DNA from: Phaeosaccion multiseriatum
Taxonomy: Eukaryota; Protista; Ochrophyta, other classes
Assembly: GCA_965112735.1 (NCBI GenBank)
Contig: OZ218960.1
Span: forward strand, 2,356,001 to 2,420,000
Length of the DNA stretch: 64,000 nt
Direction of reading: 5' to 3'
Shown: positions 1-13,750 of the stretch, one piece after another
Layout of the letters: every line of letters starts with the position of its first letter
How positions within the stretch are numbered: position 1 is the stretch's first letter
The notes under the pieces: model-generated
Told to the model about the DNA's origin: nothing
What the model saw: only the letters and a program-made list of their open reading frames with translations
Database searches by the model: none
Translations under genes and position numbers: made by a program

Positions 1-85
1 AGCCCCTCCCACGGCCATGCCCCGGCACCCCTCGTCCCTTGAACTCACGCCCCCCCCCCTTGACTTCGGTACATACTCATTAACC

Positions 86-128
<43 letters not shown>

Positions 129-129
<1 letters not shown>

Positions 130-1062
130 GTGTTCCTGAACCTTTGGATTCAGGCCTTCAACTCGTACTTTGCCATGGGGTCCCTGCCCGCCTTTGCGCT
201 GGAGAAGCTCACAGTATCGAGAGAGATCGACAATGGACAGTACAGCGCTGGGCAATACTGCATCGTAATGGCTTTGGTGCAGATGCCCTTTGTCTTCATC
301 GGCACCGTCATGGCCGTGGCGCCTGTGTACTGGATCACAGACATGAACGATGACGTGGGCCGTTTCTGGCAGGTGAGTGAGTGAGTGGGTGGGTGAGTGA
401 GTGGGTGGGTGGGTGACGGAGGGACGAAGTGAGTGAGTAAGTGAGTGAGTGAGTGAGTGAGTGAGTGGGGGACAGAAAAGGAGAGAGGAAGAAACAGAAA
501 TTTAAGAGCGTTACCTAACCCATCATCTCTCCCGCCGCTCTGGTAATGCGTCTTTTCGCACACCCTGACGCTTCTTGTATCACCAACACCACCACCACCA
601 CCACCAACCCCACACCAGTACTGCTGCGTGGTGTTTGGGCTGCTGTACTCTATCGAGTCTCTGAGTGTGCTGGTGGGGGCAGCGGTCAAGTACTTCATCT
701 TTGGGCTTGCCATCATGGCCTCCGTCATCTCGTGCGAGTTCATCATGAACGGCTTCTTTGTGGCCGTCGACAACATCCCCTACTTCTATCTCTGGCTGTA
801 CTACATTAGCCCCTTCAAGTACTCCTACGAGGCATGTGTCCACCTCACCTTCAAGGGGCGTCCATTGGACGACTTTGACTCGTGCACGACAACGTGCTTC
901 GGCAACTCAGGAGACGACGTGCTGCAACGACTCGAGAACGGAGGGCCCAACCTGCTGAACATCAATGTCGGGCTGTGGATACTCGTGCTGCTGGGCATCT
1001 CGGCGGTGTATCGCGTTATGCACTATGCGATTCTCAGGAGCCAGCTCATCTCCAAGGAGTAG
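129..1062 (+). CDS. ABCG-family (White/ABC-2 membrane domain) transporter, last two exons (129-372, 619-1062); 5' part lies outside the window
   Basis: AG/GT-bounded exons join in frame: LPAFALEKLTVSREIDNGQYS (E-x4-RE-x3-G-x-Y ABCG motif), GFFVAVDNIPYFYLWLYYISPFKYSYEA, a Cys-containing extracellular loop and a final TM helix; stop at 1060-1062. Confidence 0.93.
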
Positions 1063-1491
1063 TGTAGTGGACTGCTGGCTGTTGAGGATACAGGATGCAT
1101 TTGAGTACTTGGAACGAGGAGCTTTTGACTTGTCGCTTTGGATTCGCTTCTTCCATACATATATATTTACACGGACATACTTCCCCACTGTGGTACAATA
1201 GAGATTGAAGTAGCCTTTTAGGTGTGTGTGTGTTCTTGGCAGTGAATGTGAATTTCGCACAGCACAACAACACACTTGTAAAACGATAAAATTATCCCTC
1301 TTGTCACCGTCTCGATACGTATTGAGTAGTGGGCTGCTACAGCTGACAGGGGCAAACACACCCCTCCAGCCCCCCCCCCCCCCCCCAACGCCCGCCCCGA
1401 GCGACTTGCGTTTCGACTCCCCCAAGTCCTGCCTGCTCTTGTCGCCTTCTACTAACTAATAGTACTATCAGTATGCCAAGGAACGCCCTGC

Positions 1492-2291
1492 TTACGCTCT
1501 GTTCGCCTCCTCAACTCCTGACCCCGCTTCCTCCTCCACAGGCTGCTCCGCGGGCTTCTCCTCGGCCTTATTCTTGTCGCCGTAACCCTCCGTACGCGCG
1601 GCTGCCCGAAAGGTGTTTGTCTTGAGCAACTTGACCAAATTCCTTGTCTGCCCCATATCTCCATTGGTGGGCAGGTCCTTGGCACGGAGCCACACGCGGC
1701 GGGTGCCAAACTTTGTCCGGTTCTTGTTCTTCACACGGCCAAAGGAGTCCATCGCCTCGAGATGCAGAGGCAGCGAATAGAAGCTCACCAGATCCTCCCG
1801 GTTGTGCCACACAGAGACAGTCTCGAAGGTTGGCCGGAAGAGGAAGAAGCTCTTGGCCTGCAGGGACTTTGTGAAGCCAATGACCTTGCCTTGTGATGCC
1901 TCTCTCATTTGGTCAAATAAGCGCTTGGAGTAGTCGTTGAACAGAGAGAACTGGCTCATGGGCACGGATATCCACGTGTGAAGACAGAAATACTCTGTGA
2001 TTGTTGGGTGAGTGAGGGGAGAGAGAGAGAGAGAGGGGGGGGGGGCGCGACCAGGGGGGTTAAGTCAGTCCACTGAAAAGCTTTCTTTCGATTGTCTAGG
2101 ACACCTCAGTTCAGCAGAAGACATGAGGGGAGGGAGGAGGGATCAGGGCCAAACAGGCTAGGTGCTGTACCTGCTTCGGGGTCTAAGTCCTCCTTGGGTG
2201 TTAGGCTCTCCCACGAGGTGAGCCAGGCTGGCACGCTCGAGTCCTCCCTGAACTCAACTGGAGGGACATGATCAGCCTCAAACTTGCCCAT
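1492..2291 (-). CDS. ~207-aa protein of the dimeric alpha+beta barrel (ABM / DUF3291 / CrtA-like) superfamily; exons 2171-2291 and 1492-1994
   Basis: ATG at 2291; GCAG|gtacag donor and cacag|AG acceptor join in frame. Motif ETVSVWHNREDLVSFYSLPLHLEAM matches the [TL]SVW-x4-L-x2-F-x5-H-x2-M pattern of DUF3291/ABM-like monooxygenases and cyclases. Confidence 0.65.
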
Positions 2292-2711
2292 GTTGTTGTC
2301 GGACCAAGCCTCCTGCCCTCTCCTCCTCCTCTCTCTCTCTCTCTCTCTCTCTCTGTCTGCAGCCGGATGTACTCCCGCGTGGCAAAGTCGCGTTATAAAT
2401 CGATGCTGAGAAAATTGAAAATTCCGAACCCCTGATTGCGGTAACAGTTGCAGGAGTTGCTGGCTTATTATTATGCACGAATTTTCGGAAAATTGATGCG
2501 ACAATTTGCAACTCAGCAACTCCCCAACACTTCATACACGCCAAGTACGGAGTGCACAGAGCTGACAGAAAAAAAGAAAACACGCCGCTACTCCCTTCCT
2601 ACGTAAGGAAAGGGAGTTGTGGGCACAGATAAAAAAAAAGCAGGAGTTAGGCCACACAATTAGCGCCCTATTAAGGCGAAAGATACCTTAGAAAAAAGGA
2701 CGGACATCATC

Positions 2712-5700
2712 ATGTCGACCCTCCCTGAGCCCGAGTCGAGGTCGAGGTCGAGGTCACGCGGCCGTGCCATCGTTGAAAAGATGAAGGAGAAGGTCCGGGG
2801 AACTCCCTCCCAGTCGCCAGCTCCTCGCGAACGACGCCACAGTGGGACTCGATCCGGTACCCCCTCCCAGTCTCCAGCTCCTCGCGAGCGCCGGGGCGGC
2901 GAGCGGCGTCTGCCGGGGCGCAGCCGGTATAGGGCTGGCTCTGAGCCGTCTGAGGCATCCAATTACAGCCCCACTGAGCGAGGCCTGTCAGAGGGCCCAC
3001 GCGAGCCAATTGCCATTGTTGGCATGGCAGGTTAGTGTAGCTGGGTAAGCCACTGGACTTGTTGCATGGCTGCTGGGCGAAGTTGGGATAGGTGGTGCTT
3101 GTGGTGTCGACTGCTGGCTGAGAGAGCATGACTAAAAGGGGCCATTTAACTATGCACCCCACCACCCTCCTTGCCCTACCAATCACTCGTGCTGCCTACT
3201 CGGTGCAATCTCAATGCTGGTACTCTCTTCCCGTATGAACCCACACATACACGCACACGCCCAGGGATCTACCCCAATGGCTTGGAGAACAGCTTTGCCT
3301 TCCTCACCGCTCTCCGAGAGGGGGAGAGTCTCGTCAAGACCGTCCCCGCAGAGAGAAGCATTCTCAGCTCAAACATGGCTCGCAACGAGGTCAAGCACAC
3401 GGAAGGCGAGAGTGCGAAGGTGCGTGTATTCCTGAGGACGGGTTGTTGATAGGAGAAGCACAGCAAAGGCCCTCCTGCGTTGTGCATAACGCTCCTTCGG
3501 AAGCGGCCCTCCTTTCTCTCTCCGTTTGTACTATGTGGCGTCGAGAGAATAATTCCTCCCCTTCCCCTCCCCCCCTTCTCCCTCCTCTCCCTCGGTCCAC
3601 ACACATACAAATGCACACCCACTTTCGCTCTCATCCCTCTCTCTCATCTATCTCCATCTCTATCTCTATATTTCTCTCTCTCTCTCTTCTCTTGCACCCA
3701 GTACGACATCGGGGGCGTGACTTCGGCAAGGGGCACCTGGATCAACGACTACTCCTCCGCAGACCTCAGTTTCTTCGACCTCAAGATGGATGAGGCCATA
3801 GCTCAAGACAGGCAGACCCTCAAACTGCTCGAGGCCAGCTATCACGCCATCCAAGACGCCGGACTCACACTGGAAGACGTGCAGGTACAGCCGACGGCCT
3901 CAACACACACCACCATCGTCACCACCTTCCACAACCACCACACCATCATCATCACTCACCCACCCACCCACCCACCTGTCGTTTCATCCCTTCATTCATT
4001 CAGGACAAGCTGACGACAGGCGTGTTTGTCGGCAACATGAGCTACGACTCTCAAATCTTGAGTGCCCACGCAACCTCAGTGCACTCCACCGCCTATGACG
4101 TCACCTCGGGCGGAAGCATGATGTGAGTGAGTGCGTGAGCAAGTGTGAAAGCCGTCTTGGGGGTGTGGATGAATACACCACCTTCACTCATCACATGGTT
4201 GCATATCCATCTCCCTCCCGCGCTGCTGTGCGGCCTGAGCAATACAAAACATCACCAAATCCATGTCCGCACCACTAGCAGCTCACCCCCGCCCACACTT
4301 CTACCCTCCCCTGCACCTGCATGTCTGTACAACACCTATCCCTCTATAGCGCCAACCGAGTGAGCTTTGCCCTGAACCTGAAGGGTCCCTCGGTCACCAT
4401 GGACACCGCCTGCTCTTCTTCCGGCTACGCGCTGGTAAGATGCACAGATACAGATAGATACAGATAGATACAGATAGATACAGATACAGATAGATACAGA
4501 TAGATACAGATAGATACAGATAGATACAGATAGATACAGATAGATACCAGGGAAGGAAAGGAGCGAGGCTGGGCTGCTGGGTGTTCTTGTGTTCGTGAGC
4601 GGTATGGTACTCTTTCTCCCCTCTTTTTGTTGCAAGTGAAGGGGAAGCAAGAAGAGAAGAGACACATCGGTTCGACACGGCTCTACCTCCACGCAAACGC
4701 CCGGGCCGCGGCCTCGGGGGGGGGGGGGGGGTGGGGGGAAAGCAAACGGCAAAGCCAACAAGACAGCACGAACCCCCTCACCCTCACCCTCACCCTCACC
4801 CTGATATGTATCTTACAGCCTCGTCCTGGTCCTCCCCCCTCGCTCCCTCGCTCACTCCCTCCTCCTTCTCACCCCTCGAATGTGTGTGCTTCAGGCCGTG
4901 GCAAGCAACTTCATACTCACGGGAGCGTGTGACGTGGCTATCGTGGCCGGAGTGAACTTGCTTCAAGCCATGTCCATGTTTCAAACGGCAAGCGTCGCAG
5001 GTGTGTGTGTGTGTGGGTGGGTGGTGGTGAAGGAATGTGAAGGAATGCTCTCACTATCACTAGAACAAGTTGCTCTTGCCTGGGCAGTGGGTGCTGGAAG
5101 AGCCATTCATTTGAGGCTTTCCTGCCCCTCTTCCAGTCATATAGGAAGCAAGCAAGCAACACCTGATTTGATTCGCCCCCTCCCCTCTCCTCTCTTACAT
5201 ACGCAAACTTGCTTAGGCATGCTTGCTCCGGATGGGCGATGTAAGACTTACTCCGACAAGGCCAACGGGTATGGGAGGGGGGAAGCCATTGCCGTAGTGG
5301 TGCTTGTGAGGGAAAACGTGCTTCTCTCTCGCGTGGAGAGGGTGAGGGCTTATGCTGAGCTCATGGCGTACGGTGTGAACAGTGATGGGCAGACGGTGGT
5401 GCCAATTGTTCGACCCTCCTCTTCGCAGCAACAGGTGCTCTTCAGGAAGTAAGTACAAGGAAGGAAGGAAGGAAGGAAGGAAGGACAAAGGAAGGGTTCC
5501 CGTCGTGCCTCTGTGTCTCTCTCCCTCCTGTGTATGTCTTGACGCAACTGGGACCACTGACAAACGCACGCGTTTTCATCATCCTAAATCTGCCGTCCTT
5601 CACACCACAGGGTTGTGCAGCAAGCCGGCGTCACTCCCTCCGATGTAAGTATCCGTAGACAATCCACTCCCTGCCTGCCCATATGCCTGCCCGCCCATAC

Positions 5701-8700
5701 GCTGCCGTGTTTGGGGTTGCACGTCCCCCCCCTTGGGTCGGCCTCCCCCCCCGCCCCTTTGGCTTGCACCGCTCTTGCATCACCTCACCTCACTTCTCTT
5801 CATCCGCGCACTTTTCAATCTGTGAATCCATTGGACAATCGACAACAACAACAACAACACAACGACAACAACGACAACGACAACAACGACAACGACAACA
5901 ACAACAACAACAACAACAACAACGATAGGTGACGTACGTGGAGATGCACGGCACTGGTACACAGGCTGGAGACATGGCGGAGACCACTGCCGTGGGGGAG
6001 ATCTATGGACGCAACTCTGGCAGGTAAGTTTTTGTTGTCAGCAAGTTGGTCATCCAGTCACTCTTGCCTTGCCCCTATCCCCCCCCCCCCACCTCCTCCC
6101 TCTTGTCCTGACTTTCACTCTCGTCCCCTCCCGCTCACCTCTCCTTCTCACCCGTAACTCTTGTATTCACTCCCCCTCTCACGCTCACAGAGACGTTGAT
6201 TCCAACCCCGTCCGTATCGGCTCCGTCAAGAGCAACATCAACCACACGGAGGGAGCTGCGGCCATCTGCGGCCTGCACAAGGTCCGTTAGTGTTGATTGG
6301 GTTGTTTGCTTCGCCAGTCGGAACTGTTTTTGCGCAAACAAAGGGGCAGCGGAAAGGAGAGAGAGAAACGTGATGATGAGCTCGGGTAGGGTGAAACTGT
6401 GAAAGCGCTGTTGTGTAGAGGGTGCTGGTGCTCAGTGGAGGAGAGATGTCCTCACCATCCTTCTGTGTGTGCGTGTGCGCGCGCGTGTGTGTGTTTCAAC
6501 CTCATCATGGTCATCATCATCATCCTCATCATCATCATCATCATCCTCCTCCTCCCCCTCCTTCTCCTTCCCCTTCTTCTCCTCCTCCTCCTCCTCCTCC
6601 TCCCCCTCCCCCTCCTCCTCCTCCTCGCTCCTCTGCACTGTCCACTCCGCTGTCCACCATACCAGGTGTTGCTCCAACTCCACCAGAACGTGATCCTTCC
6701 CAGCGCCATTGTCAAACCCTTGCGTGTTGACATTCCCTTCGATAGTCTGGGCGTAGAGGTTGCTCAGAAGTCGATCGGTTGGCGCAACAATCGGTAAGTC
6801 TAAGTCGTCCTGTCCACCCAAAGGCGCATACAAAGCGATGGTTACACGCATATACACACCCAGCGCATGTTGACCAAGTGCTGCGCCAATGCGCTGAATG
6901 ACACGCGCCGCATAAGTCATAGCCACAGGTACAGTTACACCAGGAAATGGAAACACTCAGCAACCCTCACCTTGCTCCCGCCGTCCCGGCCCGTCCTCCC
7001 TCACCACCACCACCACCACCACCACCACCACCACCCCCACCAGACAAGCTGCACTGAACCTGTTGCGCGATCCTGCAGCGGAGGACATGGATGCCGGTGA
7101 CGTCATCAACCAAGGAAGGCGCGTCGCTGCTGTCAACTCCTTTGGATATGGCGGCTCGAATAGTTGCTTCGTTGTTGGAGATGCCCCCGGTAACTGGCCT
7201 ACGCATGGAGAGGCGGACAGCTCTGCAACCTCCGCTGCGGTGCCCAACACGGCCACCACCTTCCCCTTGGCCGTGTCTGCCAGGAGCGAAGGTGCGTTGC
7301 CGTGGATAGATAGTGATAGATGAGATTAGCTATCGTTTGAATGTGTGGAAAGCTTTGGCTTCTCTTCAACACAAGGGGTCTGGCCGGAGTGGAGTGGCAA
7401 AGAGGGTGGAGAAGTGATGGTGCCAGAACCCTTGCTGCCTTGCCCTGCCCATATGCCTGCCTTGCCTTACTTGTGCACATGCGCCACCACCACGCGCTTC
7501 ACTGCGTTCTCACACGCATTACACACACCTGCCTGTCTAACCATGTACCCCTCTATCCTCTCTATCCTCTCTCTCTGTCTCTATCTGTCTATCTATCTAT
7601 CTATCTATCCGTCCAACTTATCATTTTTCCTTCCATCTATCCCTCTATTTTATCCTCTACGTTTCCTCTTATCCATCCATCTATCCATCCTCCCATCTAT
7701 CCTTTTATCTATCCATCCATCTATCCATCCATCTATCTATCCTTTGTCTGTCCATCCATCCATGCATCCATTAGGCGCATTGGTGGACAGCCTGCTGCAG
7801 CTTGCAAGGTTCATCGAACTCCGCCAGTCTGAGCTGAGCTGGTTCGACGCCGCCCACTCCGCCCACCAAATGATGCGCGACGAGCACATTGTGCGCAACC
7901 ACATCCGCCAGCTCAGCAAGAAGGGGAGCAGCAAGGGCTTTGGACTCTCCTCCGGCTCTTCCATGTCGAAGCTGCACACTTCTGGTACTCTCCGTCACGT
8001 CAGTCAAAGGTCCAAGACTGCCCGACACGAGTAAGTTGGCTATGCACACCTAAGTATTCTTACGTATGTTCGCTGGGCACACACTCTCAAGTATTTTTGT
8101 GACTTAGAACTAAAACACCCACCCGTCATCCAATTAGGGACCTCTCATGTTCGACTCTAACACATACACCCCCCCCCCCCTTTTCTTTTGCTGCTCTCCA
8201 TCCTCCTTCTCCCCTCACTCACTTCCCACCCACTCACTCACTCACTCACTCACTCACTCACTCACTCTTCTCAGTGGGGTGGACATTCTCTCTAGTGTGT
8301 CCTATACCCTCATGAACTTCACCGACCGCCACAACATGCAAGCAGCCGTCGTGGCCTCCACTGCCAAAGAGGCTTGCTCCCGTCTTCGTGCCCTTGCCGA
8401 GAAGCTCAAGCCTGCCGATGGAGGAAGGCCGAAGGACTTTGGGAGGCCCGGAGGGAACCCCAAGACTGTGTACGAGATGCGGATGGGCAAGAAGAAGAAG
8501 AAGGAGACAGAGAATGTTGCCTTTGTGTTCAGCGGTCAGGGATCGCAGTGGTTCGGAATGGGACGGGATTTGATGAAGAGCGACCCAGGTTAGTGCATGT
8601 AGTTGGTTAGTTAGTTTGTTGAGTGAGTGGTTGGTTAGTTATTGAGTTATTTGGGGTGGGTGGTTGGTCGGTATGCGCATTTTACAGTCCTCTCCATAAC

Positions 8701-11700
8701 CCCACCCCATCCCATCCCTTCCCTAACTTAACTTGCCCTACCCTCCCCTCGCCTCCCCTACCCCTACCCCGTACATAAACTTAAAAAAACACACATAACA
8801 CATGCCCCGTTCCTTCCTTCCTTCCTTCCTTCCTTCCTTCCTTCCTTCCTTCCTTCCTTCCTCCTTCCTTCCTCCTTCCCACCACCACAGAGTTTTACGC
8901 CGACGTGCACCACGTGTCATCCCTGGGTCAGAAGTATGGGCTCAAGTTCAGTGTGCTGGAGGAGCTCAAGAAGGACGAGGAGTCGAGCATCGTGGACACC
9001 AACCTTGTGGCTCAGCTGGCCATCTTCTCCATGCACTACGCGTGCGCACAGAGACTCCTTCGTAGTGGCGTCTCGCCCAACATCGTCGGTGAGTGGGAGT
9101 GGGACAGGAAGGGTGTGTGGGGGGGAGTGTGACTGGGTAGGTGGGTGGGTGGGTGGGTGGGTGGGGTGACTCTTTTTTCTCTCTCTCTCTCTCTCTCTTT
9201 CTTTCTCTCCCTTTCCCTCTCCCTCTCTTTCTCTCCGTCCACTTCTCCCTGGCTCTTCCTCATTGTCTTCCCCCAACCCCCCCTCCACCATGCATTCCAC
9301 ACACTCTCCTTCTGTCCTTTGCTCCTCTGCTCCTCTCCAGTCGGTCACTCCCTCGGCGACATCTCCGCTGCATGGCTCGCCGGAGCAATTTCCCTCGAGG
9401 AAGCCGTGCAAGTGGTCGTCGCACGTTGCACCCTCCAACAACGAGTGGCCAATGGCACCGGGCGCATGGCCGCTGTGTCACTGTCCCCTGCCGAAGCCAA
9501 GAAGTACATTGAGGAAGTGGCGCACATTGGGCAGGTGGAGATCGCTGCCATCAACACGTACAACTCCATCACCGTGTCGGGACACTTGGAGGCTGTGGAC
9601 GCCCTTGCCAAGGTATGTCAGCTGAGAAAGCTCCCGATGAAAGCTTCTCTTCTGGCATCTTGTAGGAAATACTTGTCTCTGCCCCTAGTGTGCCTTGCAG
9701 TTGTGATCCGATAATTCGCGGCCTATCTCTTTGTGAGTACTATCCCCCCTGCAACTGACTGTCTTGCCTTTCTTTCTTCCTTTCTTCCTCCCTCTCTCTC
9801 TCCCTCCCTCCCTCCCGCCCTCCCTCCCGTCCTCCCTCTCTCCCTCCTTCCCTCCCTCCCTCCCTCCCTCCCTTCCTCCCTCCCTTCCTTCCTTCCTTCC
9901 TTCCTTCCTTCCTTCCTTCCCGCCACACATACATACACAACCCACTCCACCCACTTGCTTGCCTATCTATCATCATCACATCAACAGAATTGCGAGGCAA
10001 AAGGCATCTTCGCACGCACTCTCCTCACCGAGTGTGCCTTCCACAGCTACCAAATGGACCCCATCGAGGCGGACTTCAAGGCCAAGCTCGCCGACATCCA
10101 GAGCAAGATCCCCTCCCTCTCGCTGCTCTCCACCGTCACCGGCAAGGCGGTGCTGGGCTCCCAGTACGACGCCGATTATTGGTGGAAGAACTGTAGGGGC
10201 TCGGTGCACTTTGCGCCTGCCATAGAGGCCATTCTCGACTCAGGTGCGTTGTGGTGTGTGTGTGTGTGTGTGTAGGTGTGTGTGTAGGTGTGTGTGTAGG
10301 TGTGTGTGTAGGTGTGGTTGTGCGTGTATGTAAGTGTGTGTGTATGGCTGTGTGTGTGTGCGGGTGTGTGTGTGTGTGTGTGTGTGTGAGTGTGAGTGTG
10401 GGTGTGCGTTTGCATGATGCGGCTGTGTTGTTGTCGCTTGACCTTCCTTTGACTTAACTGCTAGTTTGGCTGCTAGTGTCGGTCGGTCAGCCCTTTCCGT
10501 CGGTCGGTATCCATCTTCGTTCTTGGTGGTTGGTGGCGTGTTCCATACGATACAACGGACAAAAGAAAAGAGCAGGCGTGTGAGCTCCTAACTTACTCGA
10601 AGTAACTCCCTCCCTTCCCACGCTACCCCCAACCTCTACCTCTCCGCTGTGCCTCTCTTTGCCGCTCCACAGGCTGCCGTGTCTTCGTGGAGATTGGTGC
10701 CCGTCCCGTGTTGGCCAGCTACATCTCCGAACTGTCCGAGTCCATGAACATCGAGCCCAAGGACCTGCTGCTCGTGTCTGCACTGCCCAACCGTCCGACC
10801 AAGAAGTTCCCCACGCCCATCCGTTCAGATGAGCACCTCATGGCGGCCACCACTTGGCTGCACCTTGCTGGGCTGGCCGTTCGATGGGACAAGGTCAGTT
10901 AGTTGCGTGTGCGTGCGTGTACGTGCAGTCGGGTTTATGGTCTTTCTTTAGAACGGAGGAGACAAAGGAGGTAAACACTAGACAAGAGAGAAAGATGTCA
11001 CTTTACTTCTCCCTTGCTCACACCCACAACCATACCCACCGCCACCTTCCAATGTTCCTACCATCCGTACTTTCATACTCTCTCTCTTTTACACACACAC
11101 ACACATACAGGTGCTACCCGTGCACGAGCGAGTGCGTGTGCCCCTCTACCCGTACGACCGCTCCTACGTGCACTACCACGAGTCGCTGGGCCGCGTGCCT
11201 CGCTCCATCCACGAGCTCCTCGGCCACCGACTGACCCAGGCCGTGCCCGCTTTCCGTCATGACTTGGCCGTCTTTGAGAAGAAGATTAGCCCGGGAGAGC
11301 TTGGGTATCTTTGGGACCACGTGGTCATGGGCTTTGGGGCCATCCTCCCTGGTGCGGCTTTTGCGGAGATGGTAACGGCGGCTGCTATGGAGGCGACGGG
11401 TGTGCTGGCGGCGGCAGGGCCGGGAGGGGGAGGAGGAGGAGGAGGAGGAGGAGGAGGAGGAGGAGAAGGGGGAGGAGGGCAAGCAGGAGGAGGAGCAGGA
11501 GGGGCTTCTACCATTTCTCCAGGGTTGTCAGCAGCAATGGGTTCAACAGCGCAGAACCACAGCCACGGCCGCACGGCCAAGCTGCACCACATCGATCTCA
11601 TCAAAACCATCCCCTTGCAAGGCTTGCCGCTCATCCGCACCCGCGTCAAGGCCATGTGGCCGCCTCGATCCAAGGCGGCGCTGCTCACGGCAGAGGTCAT

Positions 11701-12926
11701 CGTGTACTCTGTGCTCAACGGAGGGAATGAGATGCTGCACGCCTCAGCTGAGGTGAGCGTCTTCGACCTTGCTCTTCCGGCCACCCCGACCGCAGCCCTC
11801 CCCGCTCTGCCGGCACCACCATCAGCCGTTGGTGATTCAGCAGACGAGGAGGGCGCTGCTACGGCTCCTCTCCCCCCTGTGGTGGGCAAGTGGGTATCGG
11901 CAGGCGGAGGGATTAAGCGCAGCATCTCCCAGGAGACTTTTTACGGAGAGATTACCAAGAGTTTCGGCTTCCAGTACGGCCCGGCCTTCGCGCGGTGCGA
12001 AGTGGCCCTCGTGCTGGAGGATGGCACCGTGTGCGCGTCCCAGCCGGCCCATGTGACTGCAACTGCAACTGCTGCTGCTGCTGCTGCGCCCCCCCCTCCT
12101 GCCCACACCCGTCGGCTGTCTCCACAAGAGGCCGCTGAAGAGGCGGAGCAGCTGCACATCGCCACGTTGGCGAGTTTAATCGGTGCCAAGTTCCGTGGAG
12201 CGGCGTCGCTGCTACACCCAACCGTGCTGGATGTGGCCTTTCAGCTCAGCATCTTGCTCGTGGATGCGCCAGAGGTAAGCAAGAAAGGGAGGAAGGCAGG
12301 AGGGGAGGGGGGGGAAACAGCTCTGTGTGTTTTGTGTGCTCTGCACTGGACCCTCTTGGGGCTTCTCCTCATTTACATTCACTCGCTTACCCACTCACTC
12401 ACTCACTCACTCACTCACTCACTCACTCACTCACTCACTCACACTCATTTACCCACTCTCTCACCTACCCACTCACTTTCCCACTCACTCCCTCACTCAC
12501 TCACTCCCTCACTCACTCCCTCACTCACTCACTCACTCACTCACCAACCTCGGCAGGGGGAGGGTGGCGATGACTCATCCGCCAACCTGTTGCCCGGTCG
12601 TGTGAGAGACCTTGTCGTACACGCCGCTTGTGCTGACCTGCCCTCCTCCAGTCAGCTGTGGATGAAGCTCCAGCAGGCCCCCGCATTCGACTCCATGCGC
12701 GAGGTCACCATCCACTGCTTGACTGGCGACGGCTTCAGGGTGTTTGACTGCATCCTGCAGCTGCGCAGTCTGACTGATCCCAAGCCGCCCGTTGTGAGGG
12801 GGCCGTACTACGCGGTGAGTGTTATGTGTATGTGTGTGTGTGAGTGTGAGTGTGTGTGTGTATGTGGGTATGCGTTCCACACCATTTCGATAAGTCAGCA
12901 GCACTCACACCAATACTCACACCTCA

Positions 12927-12961
<35 letters not shown>

Positions 12962-13715
12962 CAGCTGCGCGGCTTGGGCACCGAGGACGAGAAGCGAAAG
13001 AGAGAGGCCCTGCAGCAAGAGATCGAAGACGCGTACGAGGGATGGATGCGGCCCCCGGACGAGAAGGAGGAGAAGGCGAAGAAGGCCGAGGAGGCACTGA
13101 CGCAAGTGTCCGTGTCGGATCAGGTCATGGCGTCGGTGTGGGAGACGCTGCCCCCTGGTCTCATTGCGTCGTTGGCCGTGGAGGGCGCGGAGGAGGAGGA
13201 AGTTGCCAGGGTCAAGGAGACAAGTGAGTGCTTGTTAAGAGTGCGTGCTGCGAGGGCAAAGAGGGCTCCGAGTGCCTCGGGTTGGGGGTGTGGTTTGTCT
13301 GATTGGGAGGGGGGAGGGGGGGGGAGGAGGAGCGCACCGCTAGGAGAGAGAAAGAGAGAGTGCCAAAGTACAAAGTACAAAGTACAAAGGAAAGCCGCTC
13401 AGCGTTTGTTAGGCTCGTCCGTCTTTCCATCATGGTCTGTACTCATGCTTGCACTCATGCTTGTACTCCCCCCCTCATGTCTGTTACCTGCCAATCGTGG
13501 CTGCTTCTTGCCTGTGCTGACAGAGGACACAGCTGGGCTCGTTGTGGTGGCGTGGAGCCCAGAGTCTACCGTCGCTCTAGCCAGCGCCATGGAAGCTGCT
13601 TGCCTCAAGGCGGGCGGAGCAGGTGAGTGAGTGAGTGAGTGAGTGAGTGAGTCGGTATTGGGAGGCACTGTACTATTCTACACCGCATACAAAAGAGTAC
13701 TCAATTGGTCTGTCT

Positions 13716-13750
<35 letters not shown>

